This document shows positions 24,991-37,169 of a stretch of DNA of 64,000 bases, piece by piece. The position numbers and the translations under genes were made by a program. The DNA lies in NCBI GenBank assembly GCA_002269645.1, contig NIVC01001484.1, forward strand, positions 269,527-333,526, written 5' to 3'. Positions within the stretch are counted from its first letter, which is position 1; the number at the start of each line of letters is the position of its first letter. The stretch is from Macrostomum lignano (lineage: Eukaryota). The notes beneath the pieces are model-generated. The model saw only the letters and a list, made by a program, of their open reading frames with translations. It searched no databases and was not told the origin of the DNA.

Positions 24991-27900
24991 TCAGGATCTT
25001 CTAGTTTTCGAGTTTGTTGTCGTCGAAGAGGGCGGCGGATTCGTTGCCGGGGCACCGTAGCCCGCAACGCCGAGAAAGCTGCCATCGTCGGCTGCAGCAG
25101 ACGATTCAGTTGCTGCTTTGGCCTGATTTTGCTGCTGCTGCTGTTTCTGTTGCTGTTGCAGCTGTTGCAGACTCTGCTGTTGCATCATCTGGCGTTGCAG
25201 ATTTCGTTGCACATCGCCCAGACTGTTGGCTACAAGGCGAACAATGCCGCCTAATAGGGAGCTGACCTGCGGCTTTACAACAGCAACCTGCGCAGTGGAT
25301 GGTCAATGCGTTGCAATTTTAACTACCGATATGTTTTGAAACTCATGTGATCAAGGGCGATTCCTAATGATCAATAGCGATTCCTAATGATCAAGAGCGA
25401 TTCCTAATGATCAAGGGCGATTCCTAATGAGCAAGGGCGATTCCTAATGATCAAGGGCGATTCCTAATGAGCAAGGGCGATTCCTAATGATCAAGGGCGA
25501 TTCCTAATGATCAATGGCGATTCCTAATGATCAAGAGCGATTCCTAATGATCAAGGGCGATTCCTAATGATCAAGGGCGATTACTAATTATTAAGGACGA
25601 GTTATAATGATCAATGGCGATTTCTAATTATTTAATGGGTGTTTGTACTTAATGATGAAACTGTCTGATATTTTTTCACCTGACGCTGCTGACCAGTCGA
25701 TTGCGTAGCAGTCGTTGACGTGCGACCTCCAACTCCGTCTCCGCCGCTGCTGCTACTGGCGACCACGCGGTCGATGAAGGAACTGCTGACTGGCACAATT
25801 GGCTGGGCGATGCGCTGCTCGACGGCGCCCTGCTCATCGGCGTAGAGGAAACTCTCGGCCCGTTGCACCTGCGACACGTGGTTTTTAACTATAGCAATGT
25901 TCTTGCAGACCAACATAATCAATTCAGTATGAGAGTTCAGGCTAGAAATCTACCAGAATCTCATCTGATCTACCAGAATCTCATCTAATCTACCAGAATC
26001 TCATCTGATCTACCAGAATCTCTTCTGCTCTACCAGATTGAGACTAGAAATACACCAGAATCTCATGTAATCTACCAGAATCTCGTCTGATCGATCAGAA
26101 TCTCATCTGATCTATGAGATTTCAGACTAGAAATCTACCAGAATCTCATCTGATCTATGGGATTTCAGGCTAGAAATCTACCAGAATCTCATCTGATCTA
26201 TGAGATTTCAGGCTAGAAATCTACCAGAATCCCATCTGATCTACCAGAATCTCATCTAATCTACCAGAATCTCATCTGATCTACCAGAATCTCTTCTGCT
26301 CTACCAGATTGAGACTAGAAATCTACCAGAATCTCGTCAGTCGTCTGATCGACCAGAATCTCATCTGATCTATCAGAATCTCATCTGATCTACCAGAATC
26401 TCATCTAATCTACCAGAATCTCATCTGATCTACCAGAATCTCTTCTGCTCTACCAGATTGAGACTAGAAATCTACCAGAATCTCGTCAGTCGTCTGATCG
26501 ACCAGAATCTCATCTGATCTATCAGAATCTCATCTAATCTACCAGAATCTCAACTAATCTATCAGAATCTCATCTAATCTACCAAAATCTTATCTGATCT
26601 ACCAGAATCTCTTGCTCTACCAAATTCATACTAGAAATCTATTAGAATCTCATCTGATCTACCAGATTCAGACTAGAAATCTACCAGAACCTCATTTAAT
26701 CTACCAAAATCTCATCTAATCTGCCAGAACCTCATCTAATCTACCAAAATCTCATCTAATCTGCCAGAACCTCATCTAATCTACCAAAATCTCATCTAAT
26801 CTACCAGAATCTCATCTAATCTACCAAAATCTCATCTGCTCTACCAGATTTCAGACTAGAAATCTACCAAAACCTCATCTAATCTACCAGAATCTCATCT
26901 AATCTACCAGAACCTCATCTAATCTACCAAAATCGCATCTGCTCTACCAGATTTCAGACTAGAAATCTACCAAAACCTCATCTAATCTACCAGAATCTCA
27001 TCTAATCTACCAGAACCTCATCTAATCTACCAAAATCGCATCTGCTCTACCAGATTTCAGACTAGAAATCTACCAGAACCTCATCTAATCTACCAGAATC
27101 TCATCTAATCTACCAGAACCTCATCTAATCTACCAAAATCTCATCTGCTCTACCAGATTTCAGACTAGAAATCTAATCCAGAAGCAGAACAGCGGTGCCT
27201 TCAGCTGTACCTTCTCTCCTTCGCGCAGCTCAAGTTGCCTTCGCAGAACTTCGCCAGTCTTCGAGTTGGACCCAGCCGAGCTCAAACGATCAGCAGCTGC
27301 GGCCGCCTCCTTGGCCGCCTGTCGCTGACGCATGCGACTCATCTGACGTTCAACGAAAGCGTCGAAAGAATGAGCAGCTCGTCGACTATCGGAGTTGCTG
27401 CCAGCGCCAGCACCGCCGACGCCGCCACTCTCTTGACGATGCCGACTGTGATGGCCGTGATGATTACCGCGACGCTCGTGTCGATGTCTGCGATGACTGC
27501 TTGACGAGTCTTTATGAGCATTCCGGTCGTGGTGACGATGGCGTTTGCGGTGCTTGTGCTCTGAGCTTTTATGCTCCTGAGCACTTCGGTGCCGTCTAAC
27601 CTTGTCCTCGTGTCGACCTTTGGACTCGGATTTTCTATGCTGCTTCTGTTGCTGCTGCTGAAGAACGAACTCTCTGGCGTCCGTGGCTTCGCCTAGCTCG
27701 TCAAACTGTGGCAGACAGTCAGCAGCGGCTGTTAGAGTCCTACTCGACTGCAAAACTTCCTCGCCTGCCAAGCCTCCTCTGTCTTCATCAAAGCCGGCAG
27801 TCTCCGATTCGAGATTATTAGGCGGAGTCGAAGGCAGCAGCATAGCGCTGTCATAGTACGCGCCAGCAAAGCTATTGCGATCAGTTTCGTCTGGCCCGTA

Positions 27901-28242
27901 GCCAGAGTTGGTTTCTAAATCCATGGAAACATTGCCCGGGTCGTCCGCTTCCACTGCGGGATCTAAATCTGGGTCCGGATCCTCGGAAGCAGTAGTTGCA
28001 GAAGACTCCGCGGCATTATTAATCGAGTTAGAATTGTTGCTAGTCTTCTTTTGATAATATTCGCTCAATGAGACGCGCTTCTTCTGCGACTCCTTGTGCT
28101 TTAGCTGCATCATCAGGCGCTTCTTCGGCGGCATGGCGCCATCTGGCTCGGCTGGTGGCTGCGGCTGAGGCGCCGTTGTTGCCGCGTCGGAGACCAGATC
28201 CTCTTCGCCAACCATGGAGAGCCAGCGCTTCTTTGCCGCCAT
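24991..28242 (-). CDS. Uncharacterised, largely disordered nuclear protein (>=505 aa) with SETD5/KMT2E-like short motifs
   Basis: Exons 28242-27211, 25868-25680, 25287-24991, phase-0 GT-AG junctions. Motifs AKKRWL and KKRVSLSEY, a His/Arg/Lys-rich tract and a poly-Q tail. No folded domain recognised. Confidence 0.75.
25345..25625. repeat. 20-bp minisatellite (TCAAGGGCGATTCCTAATGA)n, intronic
   Basis: Read directly. Confidence 0.96.
25945..27180. repeat. 20-bp-based minisatellite (ATCTACCAGAATCTCATCTA)n with higher-order units, intronic
   Basis: Read directly. Confidence 0.96.
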
Positions 28243-28559
28243 TGAATCAATAAATAGGGGCTTTAGTGAAACTATATTCAGATCTGATGCAACAATTAGT
28301 CAGATGACTGCTGAAATCAATAAATTTACAACCATCAACAATACTAGATGGAATCGAATAAAATGGCAAAAATAGTTGCGATTGCTTGCAACACTTTGCC
28401 TTTGCCCCAATGTCCAATGGCATTTTGTTAATCAATGACATGTACTGTGTATAGAGTACAGTGTATAGACCTCTATACATAGAACATTTGTACATGCATC
28501 AAATTTAACAATCTTGAGTTTTAAACCTGGACCTTTTTAGCTAGATGCCATTAAATTAA

Positions 28560-29600
28560 GTTTCACCACGAACTTCTGCGATATAAACTTGCCATAGAAA
28601 GAAGGGGCTGGAAACTTGGGTTTAGTGAGTAAGAAGAAATGTGGGGGCTGGCTGACTTCAATGTATATGTGCATTTGTTAGCTGAAAGGGCTTAGGTAGC
28701 GAGACCATCTTAGGCCATGGTGAGAAAGGGCACGGTTTTCGGATGCTCAGCACACTATGATTTCAATATCCAGAAAGCAATGCTATGCCAATTTATCACC
28801 ATCCTATGGAAAAAGTGGAGTGTCGGTGCTGGTTGATTGCATTGCTCAATATCATTAATGGCAATGTCAAAATCTGGGGATCTGCATTGGCATCCGGGAG
28901 CCAAAATGGTAAAAAAGAATGGGCAAAAGTATCCAGCTGATCAACCAACCAAGTTTGCTCATTTGCCACCATCAATGTTTAGTTAAGTAAACCTCCCACT
29001 GTAGAAAAATTGAACATAGGCTTGTTTCAGCTGAATTGCACACAACTGCTGATGATAATCAAGAGCTTGAACTGTTTGGGAAGATGGATTCCATTTCTGC
29101 TGAGTTTTCAGTTTTCTGTCAAGAGGCAATTGAGAAGTTCAGTGGCAGCAAGGATTTATTCAATAAAAGAAACTAGGTCAAGTTGAGTTCAGCGTCAAGA
29201 TCCACATCTGACTTTTATGTATCTGCTAGCAGGCATGGGGTCATTGTAGATGTACCACGTCCAAAGACTCTTCAGAAACAGTTGGGTTGCTTTATGACTG
29301 TTGCATCTCAGAGTGAAGCAAATCTTTGCACCACTTCCTCCCATTAGTAGGAATTGTCTTCTAGCATTTGATAAAATGCACATTAAGCCATCTATTCTTA
29401 AGTGGTATTTCCTTGTCCATTAATGCATCTAACATTAGATTTATTGATATACTTTTGGATTTTTTACTTGCTTTTAAGCTGATAAATATATGTGTTTGTC
29501 TAACCTTATCAGCCAGCCCCTATATTATTTACTCACTAAAGCCAAGTTTCCAGTCCTTCTTTCTAAGGTAAATTTATATTGTAGAAGTCCCTAGTCTCAT
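28560..29600. mobile_element. Degenerate element bounded by ~130-bp imperfect inverted repeats
   Basis: The reverse complement of 28560-28697 aligns with 29470-29600 (core tcagccagcccc..tactcactaaa.ccaagtttccag.cc.ttctttcta.gg). The interior has no intact ORF. Confidence 0.6.
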
Positions 29601-32379
29601 ATTTCTATTGTCATTTTATAAGTTTTAAGTACCAAAGATTTTATAAATCATTTATGGATTTGACAAAAAAGAATTATCAAGTTTTATTTTTAAAAATAAT
29701 TTTTACAGTTTTAGTCTGCTTTATAAAATAGTCTTTAAAAATAAATAAGGGGCCTATATTACTAGAAAGTTAAGCTGTTCTCTCTAAACAAACATGACAA
29801 ATCACATATAGACTAACAGTCTCTAAAGGCATTTGGCAAAGTTCTAAGCAAAAATATAAATTACAGATAGATACTGCTTATTGCTGCAGTTTGTAAGCCC
29901 AGTTATAAAGTTTGATAAGAAATACTCCTTTTAACTATTAATTACTAATACATATAGGCTTATAGGCCTAATAAGGTTTAAGCTTTAAATTTATGCAAAA
30001 TGCAAAATAAATATATCACAATAAGGGTTTATGTCCATATGAACAATTGAGTAGAATAAATTGATCAATTAGTTTGAATGTCTAAGGATTTTACTTATCA
30101 TATTTATGACAAAAAGCCATATAAACTTAATTTGCTATTGATGATTATATTTATATTTTGGAATGCAAAAGCTAAACAATAAAGGACCAATTGAACATTC
30201 CAAATTATTGACTATCTTAATTCTAAATACAAACTTAGCATTCTAGAAATGTATATTAAGGATCAAAACCTTAGCCTTTATATTTAAATACTATAAGATA
30301 GTATATCATCTTTGTAAGGCATTCTAAGGTTGACTGGGCCTATTTATTTTTTAAACATTTAAACATTTTTTCTTGCTTTCTATTTTTTATTATTTCTTGC
30401 TTATAATATTCTTTTATTATTCTTACCTTATTGATTTGATATCAGACTATACAATTATTGATAATATTTCTAGTTTTACATTCATTTGATCAATTAAACC
30501 TTGATAACAGACCTTTCCTTTTGTAGGTTAAATTGCACTAGTTTTTTGAATTCAATATAGATTTCAGCTTTATAATAAATTTTATATATGTTACATTATT
30601 ATATCATTGACCTTGTTGGCTTCTTGACTAAAAAATAGGGCCTAAAATAGTAATAAAAAAATAATTTATATATCCTAAACTTAGCAAAAAAGTAGATTCA
30701 AAAAGAAAACTTTAAATGTCAAGTAAAAATAGGAAAAGCATCATATAATCATGTTAGATATAAAAGAAATGTCATATTTATTCTAAAAGATTCATTTAAG
30801 AATTGCTATAATGTTATAGCTAAAGCTTAGTTGGAATTATTATAATGTGATTGTTGGGGAGAATTACTAAAATGTCAAGGCTTAGACCTACCAGGGAAGA
30901 ATTATTGAATAAAATATCAAGACTTTAGGGTTAAGGTTAAAGTTTAGATTAGGCCAGGGTTAGGGGGCCTAATTTTAAGTTTAAGGTTATATATATTAGG
31001 GTTAGGGCCTAGAATGAATTGCTAATATTTAAGACTAACAAGGTATTTGTAGATATTTCAAGGGTTATAGAGAGCATTGCTAATGCTAAGATATTAAGGC
31101 TCAAAGGAAAGATTATTAATGTTAAGCCTATGATTTCAAGGCTTAGGAAGATTGCTAATAATATATTAAGGCTTTTGGGGAGGATTGCTCAAATGTTAAA
31201 GCTCATAATAAGGGCCTAGCTGAGATTATTATAAGGTAGAATTGCTGAATTGAAATCATTACAAAGAGAAGCTAAATATAGATTATAGTTAATTTAAAAA
31301 ATTATATTTTATTTAGACTACACCTATTCTTTGTTGTTGGCTCCCTTTCTACCATTTGGAACTTGAAACCTTGGAGCACTGGCTCTGTGCATGCCTAGCC
31401 CTATACAGTTTGCGCACCCACCAGTTTGGCACCCTATGCCCCCTTTCCCTGCAGTCCTTAGCTATGATCTTGCTAAAGTGATTGCCCACTAGCAGCCGAC
31501 CCTTGTTTATTATGGTGTGAGAGTCTAAAAAAGAAAGAAAGAAGTAGCAATAGCCAATCAAGAGACATCACTAAGAAGCAAAAGCTGCCTACTTAAGATC
31601 AGACCCAGATTTTCAGTCTAGTCAATTCAGCTGACATTGTTGACAAGCCTAAAGCTGCCAAAAAGAAGTTGAAAGCTAGTGCAACAGCTAGTGGTGGCCA
31701 GCTCTCATTTTTTATGACGCTCTAACAAGCAAGTCTATTTGTGTCAAATGTGGTCGGCAATATATTCATGCTTAGGCATAACCTAGGGATTTGCCTAGCC
31801 ATTTCTATTGGTAACACACACATGCAAATTGCTATTAGACAGAATAGTGTCACGTGACTGCTCTTAGCCAATAGCAACTTACATGTATATGTTACCAATA
31901 GAAATGGCCAAGTGATTCCCAAGGTTACGCATGTATGAATATGTTCATATTCAATTTTTTGAAAAAAACCCATGACTAGAGAGTGACTACCAATCTATTG
32001 TATTAAGCAGTTTGCAACAGATTGTGCTAATGATGCTGGGTGTCATTCAGCGGCACTACAAGATGCAATCAAAGATGCATTTGATTGTCTAAAACATACC
32101 AACTTAGAGCAGCTTCAGCAATGCATTCTATAATATTTTTTGTTAAGACTTTGCCTAATTGCAATAGAGTCATTGCAAGTTATTTTGGCTTTAATTATAA
32201 TTTTTGGTTAAAAATTTTTTAGGTTATTATAATAAACTTATCTTCGATAGAAAGAAAGCTTTTCTGCTGAGCCATTTGAGTCCTTATATTGCTTCTGCAA
32301 GTGACATCATTTCAGCAGTCACTAAGTCCTAATTAAGTGGCATAAAAGTGACAAATTGAGCAAGTCTACAAAAATGACA

Positions 32380-32970
32380 GTTGCTAGCAACACCAAAATG
32401 ATGCAGGGACTTGAGTGGCTCTGCAAAAGTGATGGTTTGCTTGTGGTAGCAAAAATGATGGCAGGGACTTAAGTGGCTTTGCAAAAATGACAGTTGCTTA
32501 TGGAGCAAAAATGATGGCAGAGACTTGAGTGGCTTTGCAAAAATGATGGTTGTTTATGGTAGCAAAAATGATGGCAGGGACTTAAGTGGCTCTGCAAAAA
32601 TGACAGTTGCTTGTGGTAGCAAAAATGTCGGAAGGGACTTGAATGGCTCTACAAAAATGATGGTTGCTTGTGGTAGCAAAAATGATGGAAGGGACTTGAA
32701 TGGCTCTGCAAAAATGATGGTTTGCTTGTGGTAGCAAAAATGATGACAGGGACTTGAGTGGCTCTGCAAAAATGATGATTGCTTATAGTAGCAAAAATGA
32801 TGGCAGAGACTTGAGTGGCTTTGCAAAAATGATGGTTGCTTATAGTAGCAAAAATGATGGAAAGGACTTGAGTGGCTCTGCAAAAATGATGATTGCTTAT
32901 AGTAGCAAAAATGATGGCAAGGACTTGAGTGGCTCTGCAAAAATGATGGTTGCTTGTGGTAGCAAAATTG
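32380..32970. repeat. 57-bp minisatellite (TTGAGTGGCTCTGCAAAAATGATGGTTGCTTGTGGTAGCAAAAATGATGGCAGGGAC)n
   Basis: About 10 units, TG-rich and almost CpG-free. Confidence 0.95.
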
Positions 32971-34951
32971 ATGGCGTGTTTCTACGCTTGTAGAAAAAAA
33001 GCTTTCTTTTTATTGATCAATAAGATTCAGAACTACCATCTGCAAAAATGGGCTTGCAAAGAGAATGTGCAAGTAGAGTAGAGAAGATTATATTGATTGA
33101 TCTGTCCCTATTAGCTTTGGCATTTTGGCAGTTTTTAGGACCATTTGCATGCTTTATAGCATTTGTTCTACCTAATTTTCAAATTATGTCATTACTTCTC
33201 ATAGCTATTTTCTACCTATTTATAAAGCATGTCATTTCAACTTCATATAGCTATTTTCTACTTATCTAAAAAGTGTATCATTTAAACTTCACATAGCTAT
33301 TTTTATACATTATTATATTTATACATATATATTTATACATTAAGCAATTTATGTTGTGGCCTACACCACAATGACCTTCTCCTCAACCTTTTTTTGGTGC
33401 ATGCAAACCGCCCAGTCTGCCACCCTAGCCAGTTTTATCTGGTTTGAGCTGGTTCAGCCCGGTGTTAGTTTTGGGCAGCTGGCATGTGTGCGGATTGGCT
33501 GGCTGGGCCGGCAGACCCTCTCTTTTCTACCCCCCCTTGTGGAGCCTTACCCAGTGCATGTTTTGATTAGCTGGGCTAGGGTGGGGTGCTTGCAGGGTTC
33601 TGTTTTGTGTGTATTTGCGCTTAGGCTGGTTTGGCCCACTCCCCCATTTTTTCTGCATACTATTTATTAGCTGGCTTGGAGCCAGCCGGTGGCACGCGCT
33701 TGGTTTTCGGTTAGGGCTACACCAGCTACTAAGTAGTGAAACTACTGTAAAAGTACAAAAAACTGCACAAGCCCAGTGAATTCTTGAACAGTGCATCATC
33801 AGCCAATCCGTGCCACCCGCCGTCTTTGAGCTGCCAGTCCAGTTATCACGGCTAAATAAACTGCGCTATACGAGTTGGTTCAACCCCGCCCAGTGAGCTA
33901 AAATTATGTTGTTCAGGTTGCGTTTACATTTTTTTGGAGACTCTACACATGACTCCCCTCCATCTTTGATGCCTTATCGCTTCACTTACTTACCTCCTTG
34001 CTCACCTGTACTCTTCAATTGGCTCGGAGTGTCTATATGCCCCAGCTAATCTATCACATCATCTCTTGATTGGTCTAAAGTGTCTGTATGCCCCGGCCAA
34101 TCCTTCACATTCACCTCACTTTTTTATTCACCTCGGTGACTCCCAGGCTAGCTCTGAGTGGCTATCTGCTCCGCTGACTGCAGTAGTACCCCGAGCCTTC
34201 CGTGACTGAGGAGTGTCTGTGCACCCCCCCGAGTTGCATCTCTCCCTCTTTCTCTCGGAGTGGCCATCTGCCTCAAAGAGCGCCAGTCATTTGCCTTCTG
34301 TCCATCCCTCTGCCGCACACCCAGGGCAGTCCCACACCGAACCCGCTACCTGGGGAAAACAAACAACTGGGCTAGACGAGATTACAGCCCGCAAGTACAA
34401 CATTTATACATATTTTTATACATTTATATAGTGCATCACTTCAACTTACTATAGCTATCTTCTATCTATTTATAAAGTGCATCATTTTACCTTTATATAT
34501 CTATTTCTTCTAACAATTTTTAAATATGTCAATTCAACTTTTTATGACTAGGCCCCTATCATTTTTGACTTTTAGTTCTATTTAAATATAATTTCATATC
34601 ATTTGCATTTTACAATTCTGATTAATTTTTTTTAACTACTTGATTTCACTTCTATCACTTTCTAGTTGCTTGCGATAGGGCCTAGCCAAAATGATGGCAA
34701 GGGCTAAAGTGATTCTAAAAAACGATGGTTGCAGTTGGAATATATGTGACAATGGCAATTTGAATAGGTTAAAAATATAATAGTCATTTTTTATGAAATG
34801 TCATGGGTCAATTTTTTTTAATCTCATTGAAATGCATATCTGTCATATTTTGCTAAATGTGCAACATTTTTTATATCTATCAATCTATCATAAAAGCCCC
34901 AATAAGGCTATAAATTGCTACAAAAAAGTAAATGACTAATAATAATAATAA

Positions 34952-35395
34952 GGCAGTTGTTATTTGTCCAGTGACCGGACGAATAGCCTTTTTGCTATTT
35001 GTCCGGTTAAATTGCTAACACAAGTATCTTATTTGTTTCGTGATGAATATTCTAGATTTTTAAGACCTATTCTCATATACTGATTAATATTTTCTTGTAT
35101 ACTAGAGTGTTAAGCAAAGCAGTATATTATTCAATTCGGCATAATTTGGTATATAAGACACACACTAGTATAACAATATAATAATCAAGATACGAGTAAG
35201 AAGTCTTTGAATATATTTACCCTTATGGTTTTTATGAACTAGATATTTTAGCATTATCAATTTAACCGGACAAATAACAAAATGTCTATTTGTCCGGTAT
35301 TAACCAGATGAATAGGAAAGCATGGTCAGGATCCAGTAACCGGACAAATAACCACATCGCTATTCGTCCGGTCACCGGACAAATAACAATCTGCC
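34952..35395. mobile_element. PIF/Harbinger-type (Tourist-like) MITE, 444 bp
   Basis: ~37-bp TIR GGCAG(A)TTGTTATTTGTCC(A/G)GTGACCGGACGAATAGC at both ends, TAA on both flanks, and internal subterminal tttgtccgg/ccggacaaa repeats. Confidence 0.85.
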
Positions 35396-36354
35396 TAATA
35401 ATAAAGAAAAGAATATGCTAAACATCTAGGATTTTAAGGCCTAGGCTAAGGCCGTACAATTAGGCATAGAACTACAAAATATAAACAAACATTTTTAGGC
35501 CTATTAGCTTTTTATTATTATATTATAGGCCTATACTATATATTATATTGTCTAAATTTGCAAATCTGCAACAAATTTATATGCAAACAAAACCACTTGG
35601 CCTAGGCCTAGGCATTTATATGCTAATAACATATTAACAATGTAAGTGCCATAAATCAATTTTTTATACCCACCAACTAGGCCCACAGGGGGATGCAGCC
35701 CCATATCCCTCCTTGTCTATGCCACTAGGCCTAGTTATTAAAGTGTATAGCATTGAGTTGGCCTATTTTAGGTTGCAAAGACTTGAACACAAGAAGAAAT
35801 TACCAATATCATATTAACATGATGAATTCTGGTCTGATTCTGAATGACAATAGGCCTTATACATATGTATATAAAGTTATCTAAGGCAATCATTTAAAGT
35901 TCTGAGACCAAACCCATTTACTATCTGTAGGCCTAGCTGTTTTATTAATTAACTTACTTTAACTCTACTGAATGAAAACAAATATGATACTACAAGGGAG
36001 GTCGAACATTACATTTAATTTTAAGGTGTGAAGGTGTAAACAATAAAAAGAAAAAAGGCTCAAAAATAAATGTACAGCACCACAATCTTTACATTTTAAG
36101 TTATTATAGCTACAGCTAAAAATGGGCCTTTTCAATATTGCTTGTTCTGGTTCCATAACCAGAACCAATTTGTAAAGTATAACTTTTTGTCTCCATAACT
36201 AGAGGGAGATACGTGCTATAAAATTTTTATTATTGAATGACAATCGCCAAGAAAAAGTGAAAAATTGTGCTAAGTGAAGTTGTTAAGGCAGTCAAACATT
36301 CAACAGAATTAAATAGTTATACTGCTGTTTTTCTTGGAAGATCCGAACGCAAAA

Positions 36355-36925
36355 GGATTAGGTAAGTCGCAAAAGGGTTAGGTAAGTCGCAAAAAGGATC
36401 AGGTAAGTCGCAAAAAGGAAATTAGGTAAGTCGCAAAAGGGTTAGGTAAGTCGCAAAAGGATCAGCTAAGTCGCAAAAAGATTAGGTAAGTCGCAAAAGG
36501 GTTAGGTAAGTCGCAAAAGGATTAGGTAAGTCGCAAAAGGGTTAGGTAAGTCGCAAAAAGGATTAGGTAAGTCGCAAAAGGATTAGGTAAGTCGCAAAAG
36601 GGTTAGGTAAGTCGCAAAAGGATTAGGTAAGTCGCAAAAAGGATTAAGTAGGTCGCAAAAAGGATTAAGTAAGTCGCAAAAAGGATTAGGTAAGTCGCAA
36701 AAGGATTAGGTAAGTCGCAAAAGGATTAGGTAAGTCGCAAAAAGGATTAAGTAGGTCGCAAAAAGGATTAAGTAAGTTGCAAAAAGGATTAGGTAAGTCG
36801 CAAAAAGGATTAAGTAAGTCGCAAAAGGGTTAGGTAAGTCGCAAAAAGGATTAGGTAAGTTGCAAAAAGGATTAAGTAAGTCGCAAAAAGGATTAGGTAA
36901 GTCGCAAAAAGAAGCAACTAAGTCG
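36355..36925. repeat. 20-21-bp minisatellite (TTAGGTAAGTCGCAAAAGGA)n
   Basis: Read directly. The TAAGTCGCA core recurs in the element at ~38345-38385. Confidence 0.97.
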
Positions 36926-37086
36926 CAATAAGAGGGAAGTAAGTCACAATCAGAGGCAATCAGGGGGTAGTAGGTGCAAGTGTGGCAGGAGAGCAAAAAC
37001 AGAATAGAAGCCTTCAACCACAGACAAAATCTTTGAAATCAGAAGCCCGCGTCAACAGTTTCCCATTGATTTCTTAAACTCTGGAG

Positions 37087-37140
37087 CAGGGGTTGGCAAA
37101 CTCCGGCTCGCGAAGCCCCTCTATCTGGCCCTCGCCCCTC
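37087..37140 (+). mobile_element. hAT-like transposon terminus (fragment)
   Basis: CAGGGGTTGGCAAAC-TCCGGCTCGCGAAGCC matches the common hAT end pattern CAGGGG..GGCAAAC..CGGC.CGCG.GCC. The partner end was not found. Confidence 0.5.
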
Positions 37141-37169
37141 GGGTTCTTTGAAACTTCCTAACCAGCAAG

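Noticed and set aside
28950-29350. Nearly open plus-strand frame inside the inverted-repeat element
   Set aside because: It contains stops and no recognisable motif, so no product can be assigned.
31340-31520. Possible decayed zinc-knuckle (retroelement ORF1/gag) on the minus strand
   Set aside because: Several Cys positions must be assumed mutated, one against the expected direction, and no linked RT or endonuclease motif was recognised.
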